From Eubacteriales bacterium (GTDB lineage: Bacteria > Bacillota > Clostridia > Oscillospirales > CAG-272): a DNA stretch of 47,544 bases. The notes beneath the pieces are model-generated. The model worked only from the letters and a program-made list of their open reading frames with translations. It did no database searches and was not told the DNA's origin. The stretch lies in assembly GCA_045534875.1 (NCBI GenBank), contig JAZSKO010000049.1:1-47544 (forward strand), written 5' to 3'. Each line of letters begins with the position of its first letter. The first letter of the stretch is position 1. A program made the translations under genes and the position numbers. Below are positions 9,236 to 16,625 of the stretch, piece by piece.

Positions 9236-10192
9236 ATGGTCGCATCGGGCAACCGTACAGGGCATATGTCCTATGACGGAGAGAATGTTTTATACACCAG
9301 TCGGGACGGAGGAAAGACTTGGAGCGCGCAGTCGGTCATCAACGCGCAAGCGGGGATCGACTTTCGCGATGCAGGCATTCTCTATCTTGGTAACGATCAA
9401 TTTCTTTTGAACTATTTTGTAGCCTATGAATCGGGTGGCACACGTGTCACGGCAAATTCCTACGTTCGGCAGGGAACCCTTTCCAACGGCGTGATCACAT
9501 GGGGCGACGCGATCCAAGTACCGCTTCAATCCCCCCACGGCCCCACACAGCTTTCCAACGGAACGCTGTTCTGGGTGGGTGACGCCTACTACGATCCCTC
9601 CGAGGGCTACGATAAGAACAATGACGGGAAGAACGACTACACCCGTGGCAACGACTATGCTATGAAAAGCACCGACGGCGGAAAGACATGGAGCTTCGTG
9701 GCGCATATGCCCAACATTCCCAATTATGGGGCGCAGGGCTGTGAGTTCCACACCACCCAGCTTTCCTCCGGCAGACTGGTCACCACGATCCGTTTGAGCG
9801 TGAATTCCCAGCTTCAAACCTACGTTTCCACCTCCGACGATCAGGGCGTCACATGGACAACCCCCGTCCTTGTGACCAAGGGCGCACCTGCTCATCTTTT
9901 GGCGCATCCCTCGGGGATTCTCGTTATGACCTACGGCTTCCGCGGCGACACGGCTACGGGCGAAACCAAGTACGGTATTCGCGCACGCCTGTCCTATGAC
10001 GGCGGTGACACGTGGGGGGAGGAGATCCTGCTGGACAGCACAGCCGCCACGGATGATTGCGGCTATCCCTGCTCGGTCGAGGCGAAGGACGGAAGTCTTT
10101 ACACGGTCTACTACAAGACAAACGCATCGAGCTCTGCTCCCGGTATTTGGGGCGTTTCATGGACGCTTCCCACGCAGATGCCCACGGAGTAA
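9236..10192 (+). CDS. BNR/Asp-box sialidase-superfamily propeller (paralog 3); homology extends upstream to the TAG at 9161, so it is probably the C-terminal domain of the 6584 ORF (split gene, pseudogene or read-through)
   Basis: Same frame as 6584..9163. Positions 9164-9235 translate to IVAGGGTSYAAWPSICVDDDGVFY, matching the N-terminal strand of paralogs 1 and 2. There is no in-frame ATG/GTG/TTG before 9236 and no signal peptide. Asp-boxes SRDGGKTW, STDGGKTW, SYDGGDTW; GYPC is present. Confidence 0.6.
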   Translation: MVASGNRTGHMSYDGENVLYTSRDGGKTWSAQSVINAQAGIDFRDAGILYLGNDQFLLNYFVAYESGGTRVTANSYVRQGTLSNGVITWGDAIQVPLQSPHGPTQLSNGTLFWVGDAYYDPSEGYDKNNDGKNDYTRGNDYAMKSTDGGKTWSFVAHMPNIPNYGAQGCEFHTTQLSSGRLVTTIRLSVNSQLQTYVSTSDDQGVTWTTPVLVTKGAPAHLLAHPSGILVMTYGFRGDTATGETKYGIRARLSYDGGDTWGEEILLDSTAATDDCGYPCSVEAKDGSLYTVYYKTNASSSAPGIWGVSWTLPTQMPTE

Positions 10193-10213
10193 TCAATCAA
10201 AAAAGGAGTTTTT

Positions 10214-11662
10214 ATGAAAAAACTATGCAAAAAGGGCATGAGCCTGCTCCTGGCTCTTTTCCTGCTTTGCGGTGCATTTGCTCTCGTTTCCTGTGACGGA
10301 AACAAGGGAAGCACCCAAGGAGGAACAACGCCCAATTCCACCCCATCGGGAGAAGCCTCTCTGATGGATCAACACGCGGCCGCTAAGGATTTTGATGGAC
10401 GTGATTTCAATATCCTGACCGTCAGCAACTATAACGAGCTCCACTACTTCGCAACAGACGATGCAACTGCCACCGGGATCGAGGCCTCCTGCTATGCGAG
10501 GACTCTCTACTTGGAGGAGCGGTACAATGTTGAGTTGAAGGTGATCGAGGTGGAGAAGCCTCACGAGTCGCTGATGGAAATGGCGGGAACCGATACACAG
10601 GCGTATGACCTGATGTTCCCCCATCCGAAGGTCGGAATTGCCTCGTTGGCAACCGCCGGCTATATGGTGGATATGCTCACGCTCAACGAGCTGGACTTCT
10701 CGCAGGATTGGTGGGTCAACGGAATGGTAGAGGGCTATAAGATCAACGGAGGCCTCTACTATACCTCCTCGGATGCCGCCATCGTTTCCCAAGGCCTTGC
10801 GGGCTTGATCTACAACAAGGACCTCTACAATACCTATGGCTTTGAGGAAGACTTGTATCAGGTCGTCTACGATAAGGAATGGACGCAGGAGAAAATGCTG
10901 GAGATCATGGAGGTGATCTCGTCAAGCACCAGCGGTTCCACCGGAACCTATGGCTTTATTCATCACAATTCGCACACCTACGGAATGGCAGTTGGTATGG
11001 GCTATCAGATCCTGAAAAGGGATGCCGATGGCACCATGACCTTCGCGCCTACCAAGGAGAGCACCGTCAAGATCGCGGAGGCGGTCTATGATATCTTCTA
11101 TGAGCACGAGAAAACCGTGTTTGCAGGCTCTGCCGCAACCAACGCCGTTCTCGGCTCCTCGGAGATCTGGCTGTTGTTCTCGGGAGGAAAGGGATTGTTC
11201 ATGAGCTTCGACATTGGACAGACCTACTCTCTCTTGCGTGACCTTCGCTTTGACGTGGGCTATCTGCCGTTCCCGATGCTCGAAAACGAGGTGCAGAAGG
11301 ATTACAAGATGTTCTGCGGATCGGGACTTTACGGGATCCCCACCACGGCCGTGAACGCAGAGGACAGCGCGCTGATCTTCGACGCCTACTCGATTTACAG
11401 CATGGAGCATGTCAAGCCTGCCTTCTTTGAGATCATCATTGGAGGACGGTTGTCCGAGAATCCTGCGGATTTCGAAATGCTGAACTATCTGCATATGAGA
11501 AAGAGCTTTGACCTTGGCTTCACCTTGGATGAGGGCAATATCTTCTATGCCTTGATCCACACGGCGGCCGTGGCGCAAAAGAACCCGCAATCGGTTGGCC
11601 GTCTGCTCACGCAGTATTCCAGCACGGCGCGCAATCTTGAAAAGCTCGCAAACGGTACGTAA
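10214..11662 (+). CDS. Extracellular solute-binding-protein-like lipoprotein (family-1-like), with no cognate permease or ATPase nearby
   Basis: RBS AAAAGGAG. Lipobox LVSC in MKKLCKKGMSLLLALFLLCGAFALVSC, followed by a Gly/Ser/Thr linker. At ~480 aa, its size and mixed alpha/beta composition resemble Clostridial sugar SBPs (DFDGRDFNILT...). The family call rests on gestalt only. Confidence 0.5.
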   Translation: MKKLCKKGMSLLLALFLLCGAFALVSCDGNKGSTQGGTTPNSTPSGEASLMDQHAAAKDFDGRDFNILTVSNYNELHYFATDDATATGIEASCYARTLYLEERYNVELKVIEVEKPHESLMEMAGTDTQAYDLMFPHPKVGIASLATAGYMVDMLTLNELDFSQDWWVNGMVEGYKINGGLYYTSSDAAIVSQGLAGLIYNKDLYNTYGFEEDLYQVVYDKEWTQEKMLEIMEVISSSTSGSTGTYGFIHHNSHTYGMAVGMGYQILKRDADGTMTFAPTKESTVKIAEAVYDIFYEHEKTVFAGSAATNAVLGSSEIWLLFSGGKGLFMSFDIGQTYSLLRDLRFDVGYLPFPMLENEVQKDYKMFCGSGLYGIPTTAVNAEDSALIFDAYSIYSMEHVKPAFFEIIIGGRLSENPADFEMLNYLHMRKSFDLGFTLDEGNIFYALIHTAAVAQKNPQSVGRLLTQYSSTARNLEKLANGT

Positions 11663-11694
11663 TGATGAACACGTATATTTTTAAGGAGAATAAC

Positions 11695-14250
11695 ATGAAA
11701 AAGATTCTTGCTACCATTTTGGCATTGATTCTGGTTCTGTCCACCGCTTCGATCGGCGTATTCGCAGATGACACGGTGATCGGCTATTCCTCCGCGCGTG
11801 TGGATGCCGCAGACCTGAGTCTGGTTGCCGACATTTTGGATTATGACGCAGCGAATCCGGCTGCGGCCTACAAGATCACGCAGGCGGCAGGACTGGTAAA
11901 GCTTGCCGAGATCGTAAACGGTAAGGACGATGTCGCAGGTGTGACGCTGGCGGATGTTACCATCTATCTGGCGGGAGACATCAACATGGGACTCGTCAGC
12001 GCCTACGCCCCCATCGGCGTCGATAAGGCGGCCGCGCACTTCGAGGGAACGTTTGACGGTCAAGGTCACGTGATCGACAATCTCAAGCTCACCTCCACCC
12101 AGCAAAACGCGGGTCTGTTCGGAAGCATTCAGAATGCGACCATCAAGAACCTTGTGATCGGCTCGGGCTGTCGCTTTGTTTCCAACTACTCGGGCGAGGA
12201 CCGCTTTGCGGCCATCGCAGGACAGGTGGACGGCGCTTGCCTGATCGACAACTGCTACAACATGGCAAACGTCGTCGGTAACAAGCTGATCGGCGGCTTT
12301 GCAGGACGTGTGGACAGCAATGGCAATGAGGGCAATGTCCTCACCATCAAGAACTCCACCAATGCAGGCGACATCAGCGGCTTGCGCCGTACGGGCGGCT
12401 TCGTTGGCGTTGGCGGCGCGATCGCTATGGACAATTGCCGTAACACGGGCGACGTGTATACCATGGATTGCACCGACGGCGCAGGTGTGTATAATCCTCA
12501 GCACTGCGCGGGCGGTCTGGTTGGTCTGCTTTGGGGTCAGTCCCTCACCGTGACCAACTGCATCAACAACGGAGCGATCAAGGCGGCAGGAAGTGCCGTT
12601 GGAGGATTGCTTGGTGTTGGTGCATATTCGGTTTCCGGAGGTAGCATTGCATCCTCCATCAACTACGGAAGCATTACCATGGAATTCGACAACCTTGGTA
12701 GCTATGAGGGCCCGATCGTGGGACACGATGCAACCGGAAAGATCAGTGTCGATTCCTCCGCAACCGATCGCACGGGTCAGACCGACGATACGTTGGAGGG
12801 CGACATCGAGACGATCACCCCCAACTTTATCCATACCGAAACCACCGATCCCACGGGCGATCCCAACGCAGGCCCGATCCTCAACCCCTACGATGACGAC
12901 GTAACCGATACGGTCGGAATCGTTGGCTTCTCGTCGCAAAGAGTGGAGAAGGTGGATCTGACCGAGATCCCCGCGCTTTCCACTTGGACGGCCGAGAGCG
13001 AGGAGACCGCATATAAGATCCTCACCGCCGATGAGCTTCAGCTCCTTGCCGACATCGTCAACGATGGAAACTCGATGGAGGGGATCACCATTTATCAGGG
13101 TGCTGAATTGGACATGGTGAACATCATTGGTATGCCTCCCATCGGATGGAACGACGATAAGCCCTTCTCGGGAACCTATGACGGACAGGGCTACATCATC
13201 GACAACTACCAGCCCATGGTAACCAACGATATCATCACCGTCGAGGGAAGTGCCGAGTACGTTCGCTACGGTCTGTTCGGAACGCTTGACGGCGCAACGG
13301 TGAAGAACGTGGTGCTGGGTGAGAACTGTGTCATCGCAAACAATACCAGACGCGGACATATCTGCGCAGGTGGTATCGCGGGCATGGTGATCGGCACGGC
13401 CACCATCGACAACTGCTATGTCATGGCGATCCTCATTACGGGCTTGCAGCACGTTGGCGGTATTGTGGGTAACATTGCAGGCATGAACGATGCCGCGATC
13501 ACCGACCGCGTCATCATCCGTAACTGCACCGTAACCAGCGAGATCGTGGCAGAGTACACGGTGGGCGGTATGGTTGGAACCAAGGGAGCTCCCGGATCGC
13601 TGATCGTGAAGAACTGCCGCACCACGAATGTGGTCGAGAACTCCTTGGCACAGGATGCGAACCGCACCGGTGACAAGGTCGCGGCAGGTGTGGTTGGCGT
13701 GATTTCGGCCGGTATCGTGGCGATCACCAATGTGACCAACACGGCCGAGATCCGATCCAAGACCACGATCGCTGGCGTCTTTGGACACGCGCAGAACACG
13801 GCCGAGGTCGTGTTGAAGGATGTTACTCTCTATGGTTCGATGACCGAGGAGGACGAGACCGTTGTGTATGGTCAGATCTATGCCACGAAGGGCGTTCGCG
13901 CCAGCGTCGTTGGCGAGGATGAGGTTGAATTGAAGTTCGGAGAAGAGGATGAGACCTTGGATCTGGAGGAGATCGTTCTGGGTGGCGGAAGCTCTGGAAA
14001 TGAGCCCGGCGGCACCCCCGACACGCCCGATACCCCCGGTACGCCTGACACCCCCGACGATGGAACGGGTAGCACCGTTACCGATCCTTCTACCACGACC
14101 ACGGATAAACCCAACACGACCACTCCTGCAACCCAAACGCCCGCTGATGGCGGCACGGAGGCAGGATGTGCTTCTGCCGTTGGTGGAATGCTGGTGATCC
14201 TGCTTGCAGGCGGCGCCGCACTCACCGTTTGCAAAAGAAAGCAAGATTGA
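11695..14250 (+). CDS. Secreted repetitive beta-helix surface protein 2 (two FxGT[FY]DGQGxxIDN modules) with a Thr/Pro stalk and a C-terminal GCAS-TM-basic tail
   Basis: ATG 11695 lies 6 nt after AAGGAG. Signal peptide MKKILATILALILVLSTASIGVFA. Motifs FEGTFDGQGHVIDNL and FSGTYDGQGYIIDNY. Repeats IGGFAGRV, RTGGFVGVG, CAGGLVGLL, AVGGLLGVG, HVGGIVGNI, TVGGMVGTK. The tail is TEAGCASAVGGMLVILLAGGAALTVCKRKQD. Confidence 0.8.
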   Translation: MKKILATILALILVLSTASIGVFADDTVIGYSSARVDAADLSLVADILDYDAANPAAAYKITQAAGLVKLAEIVNGKDDVAGVTLADVTIYLAGDINMGLVSAYAPIGVDKAAAHFEGTFDGQGHVIDNLKLTSTQQNAGLFGSIQNATIKNLVIGSGCRFVSNYSGEDRFAAIAGQVDGACLIDNCYNMANVVGNKLIGGFAGRVDSNGNEGNVLTIKNSTNAGDISGLRRTGGFVGVGGAIAMDNCRNTGDVYTMDCTDGAGVYNPQHCAGGLVGLLWGQSLTVTNCINNGAIKAAGSAVGGLLGVGAYSVSGGSIASSINYGSITMEFDNLGSYEGPIVGHDATGKISVDSSATDRTGQTDDTLEGDIETITPNFIHTETTDPTGDPNAGPILNPYDDDVTDTVGIVGFSSQRVEKVDLTEIPALSTWTAESEETAYKILTADELQLLADIVNDGNSMEGITIYQGAELDMVNIIGMPPIGWNDDKPFSGTYDGQGYIIDNYQPMVTNDIITVEGSAEYVRYGLFGTLDGATVKNVVLGENCVIANNTRRGHICAGGIAGMVIGTATIDNCYVMAILITGLQHVGGIVGNIAGMNDAAITDRVIIRNCTVTSEIVAEYTVGGMVGTKGAPGSLIVKNCRTTNVVENSLAQDANRTGDKVAAGVVGVISAGIVAITNVTNTAEIRSKTTIAGVFGHAQNTAEVVLKDVTLYGSMTEEDETVVYGQIYATKGVRASVVGEDEVELKFGEEDETLDLEEIVLGGGSSGNEPGGTPDTPDTPGTPDTPDDGTGSTVTDPSTTTTDKPNTTTPATQTPADGGTEAGCASAVGGMLVILLAGGAALTVCKRKQD
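14011..14061 (+). repeat. 9-nt-period coding microrepeat ([GD]-T-P x5) in the stalk of surface protein 2
   Basis: ggcaccccc gacacgccc gataccccc ggtacgcct gacaccccc encodes GTPDTPDTPGTPDTPD. Confidence 0.7.
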
Positions 14251-14290
14251 GCGGCTTACACCTTATTACGAAGAAAGGAAGAACGCAACA

Positions 14291-14422
14291 ATGAAAAAGA
14301 CATATGTAAGACCTGAGACCGAAATCACTGTGATCTCGTTTGAGGATATTCTCACGACCTCCAAGCTGATCTATGCCGACGACGGCGAGGGCGGATACAT
14401 CGACGGAGTTATCATCCTGTAA
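14291..14422 (+). CDS. Candidate 43-aa small ORF (MKKTYVRPETEITVISFEDILTTSKLIYADDGEGGYIDGVIIL)
   Basis: ATG 14291 lies ~12 nt after AGAAAGGAAG. It sits 40 nt after the stop of surface protein 2 and is followed by a GC-rich hairpin. No family was recognised. Confidence 0.35.
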   Translation: MKKTYVRPETEITVISFEDILTTSKLIYADDGEGGYIDGVIIL

Positions 14423-14436
14423 TATCCACATAAAGA

Positions 14437-14479
14437 CCTCCCATCCCAATGATGGGGTGGGAGGAACCAATCCTTTTTT
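14437..14479 (+). terminator. GC-rich hairpin with a distal T-run (possible terminator or attenuator between the small ORF and the GH36-like gene)
   Basis: CCTCCCATCCC (14437-14447) pairs with GGGGTGGGAGG (14454-14464) with one G-T pair. TTTTTT at 14474-14479 lies 9 nt after the stem, which is suboptimal for an intrinsic terminator. Confidence 0.4.
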
Positions 14480-14514
14480 ATGTATTCGCCATGCTTTGGC
14501 GATTTGGAGAAACC

Positions 14515-16506
14515 ATGCGATTTTCGGTTATACAAAACCAAGAGACTTTGGAGATTTATCACAACGGCATTCCTCTTATGAAGGATATTCGCTTGGAGAT
14601 TGCCACGCAAAGGGAAGGGGCCTGTTCGCTATCTCCCGTTGCGCTTACCTGCGAGGGCGAGAGAGTGGTGGTTTCCTATTGCAAGGAGGACCACGAAAAG
14701 GGGCCTATGGGCAATAACACGGCCTCTGGATTGATCGGGGCGGTTCGGATCACCCGAGCCGAGCTTACCCTGCAAGAGGTGGGAGATGTCCTGCAATGGA
14801 GCATTTCCATGGATACGGTGAAGGAGCATTCCCGAGTGAATTACTTTTTCGCCTCCAACGATGCCATTCGCTTTCACTTCCGAATGGCAAGGGACGTGGA
14901 GGAGAACTACATCACCGATGCCGCCACCAAGCTGTGGTTCCAAACCCCCTCCTTTTCCAGAGATCTGACCGATCTCCCCTCTCAAACACAGGACATTCAC
15001 CTGCGGTCGGGGAAGGAGCATATCCATCTGCTTCCCTTGGTCAGCGATGACCTCCGAACCGAGTTCAAGGGAGATGCGTTGGTGGCCTCGGTCGGATGTG
15101 GAGGCGTTTCCGGCGTCGAAGGGCCGATTCTGACCATAGCGGTTGGAAATGACCCGTACCATGTCATCCGCGAGAATTTCCGCGCGGGAAGGGAAAGCGG
15201 CGTGATCCGTGTCCCTCTGCGCGAGGAAAGGGCCATGCCGTGGGACGTGTTCGGTGGCTTTGGATGGTGTACGTGGGATGCCTTCTATCAGGATGTGACG
15301 GCAGAAAAGATCTATCAAAAGCTGGATGAGCTGCGAGAAAAGGGAATCCGCCCAAGATATTTGTTGATCGATGACGGCTGGTCGGTCACAAAGAATTCCA
15401 AGCTGTGGGAGCTTTGTGAGGATCGGGAAAAATTCCCCGAAGGACTTGCCGCTTGTATCAAGCGGATCAAGGACGAATACGGCGTTCTATACGTTGGTGT
15501 TTGGCAGGCCTTCGACGGTTATTGGTATGGTGTCCATCCCGATAGTCCCGTGGCAAAGGAGCTTGCCGATTGCCTGACGCTTTGTCCCAACGGTCTGTTG
15601 ATCCCGTCCCCCGATGCGGAAAAGAACTTCCAATTTTGGGATCGGTGGCATTCCTATCTTGCCTCTTGCGGTGTGGATTTTGTGAAGGTCGACAACCAAG
15701 CCACCTATTCCTACTACATCGACGAGGTCTGCAAGAACGTGCAAGGCGTTCGCGCGGCGCACGAGGGGCTGGAACGCTCGGTATTCAAGCATTTCAATGG
15801 CAGATTGATCAACTGCATGGGCATGGGGATCTACGATCTCTTAACCCGTCCTCAATCGGCCTTGAATCGGAATTCCAACGATTTTCTGCCCAAGCTCGAT
15901 AACGGCTTTGCCATCCACATCAACACCAACGCCTACAATGCCCCCGTTCACAGTCAGGTCATGTATTGTGACTACGATATGTGGTGGAGTCGACACGAAT
16001 CCGCAAAGGCACAGAGCGTTCTGCGCGCGATCAGCGGCGGACCGATCTATTCCAGCGACCCTCTCGACGCCACCGATCCAACCTATATCCTTCCTCTTTA
16101 TAAGAAGGATGGCTCTCTCCCTCGGTTGGATACGCAGGGAATGCCGACCTACGATTGCTTCTACACCGACTGTGAGAAGGCGGCTCTGCCGCTCAAGCTC
16201 TTCAATCGGAGCGGAGAAAATTTGACGGTGGCGGCCTTTGGTCTGACCGCAGGAGGCGCAAACGGTGCTTTGCGGCTGTCGGACATTCCGGGCGCCGATG
16301 GAGCATACCTTGCTTGTGAATATTTTTCGGGCAGGCAGCAATACATGGATGCCAACACAGTCATCCCCTTGGAGCTGGAAAAATTGGATGTTCAGCTTTG
16401 GAATCTGTATCCTGTACGGGATGGAGTGGCCTATGTGGGCGATCCAACGATCTATATGGGCTGTGCCTCGGATGCCTTCACGAAAACAGAGGTAGAAATC
16501 GAGTGA
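14515..16506 (+). CDS. GH36-clan / raffinose-synthase (Sip1)-like alpha-galactosidase-type enzyme, cytoplasmic
   Basis: ATG 14515 follows GGAGA. Motifs FGWCTWDAFY, YLLIDDGW, FVKVDNQ and INCMGM are typical of the raffinose-synthase/GH36 family. No signal peptide. Confidence 0.7.
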   Translation: MRFSVIQNQETLEIYHNGIPLMKDIRLEIATQREGACSLSPVALTCEGERVVVSYCKEDHEKGPMGNNTASGLIGAVRITRAELTLQEVGDVLQWSISMDTVKEHSRVNYFFASNDAIRFHFRMARDVEENYITDAATKLWFQTPSFSRDLTDLPSQTQDIHLRSGKEHIHLLPLVSDDLRTEFKGDALVASVGCGGVSGVEGPILTIAVGNDPYHVIRENFRAGRESGVIRVPLREERAMPWDVFGGFGWCTWDAFYQDVTAEKIYQKLDELREKGIRPRYLLIDDGWSVTKNSKLWELCEDREKFPEGLAACIKRIKDEYGVLYVGVWQAFDGYWYGVHPDSPVAKELADCLTLCPNGLLIPSPDAEKNFQFWDRWHSYLASCGVDFVKVDNQATYSYYIDEVCKNVQGVRAAHEGLERSVFKHFNGRLINCMGMGIYDLLTRPQSALNRNSNDFLPKLDNGFAIHINTNAYNAPVHSQVMYCDYDMWWSRHESAKAQSVLRAISGGPIYSSDPLDATDPTYILPLYKKDGSLPRLDTQGMPTYDCFYTDCEKAALPLKLFNRSGENLTVAAFGLTAGGANGALRLSDIPGADGAYLACEYFSGRQQYMDANTVIPLELEKLDVQLWNLYPVRDGVAYVGDPTIYMGCASDAFTKTEVEIE

Positions 16507-16536
16507 TAGGATCTACAAGATCTCTTGCACAAAAAA

Positions 16537-16570
16537 GGGCTGTACCGAAAAAGGGTACAGCCCACTTTTT
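16537..16570 (+). terminator. Rho-independent terminator after the GH36-like gene
   Basis: GGGCTGTACC (16537-16546) / GGTACAGCCC (16554-16563) followed by a TTTTT run. Confidence 0.75.
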
Positions 16571-16583
16571 AATAGGAAAGGAA

Positions 16584-16609
16584 ATCCCCACTCCAAACGG
16601 AGTGGGGAT
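16584..16609. terminator. Second hairpin in the convergent gap (serves the minus-strand SBP gene; may act in both directions)
   Basis: ATCCCCACTCC / GGAGTGGGGAT with loop AAAC. T-rich sequence flanks it on both strands. Confidence 0.6.
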
Positions 16610-16625
16610 CTTTGTTTGATTTGGA

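Noticed and set aside
6566-9265. 899-aa ORF on the minus strand covering the whole of surface-protein gene 1. A second 899-aa minus-strand ORF lies at 11545..14244 over surface-protein gene 2.
   Set aside because: These are antisense shadow ORFs of GC-rich repetitive genes. Their products are Gly/Arg/Val/Asp-rich low-complexity strings with no RBS, signal or recognisable motif. The plus-strand ORFs have RBSs, signal peptides and conserved repeat motifs. The equal length appears to be coincidental.
2699-10192. Calling the short BNR propellers 'exo-alpha-sialidase (nanH)' outright.
   Set aside because: Asp-boxes define the fold, not the substrate. The FRIP motif is replaced by FRY/RKY/TSY, and no sialic-acid catabolic or transport genes are present. 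They are kept as sialidase-superfamily proteins of unknown specificity.
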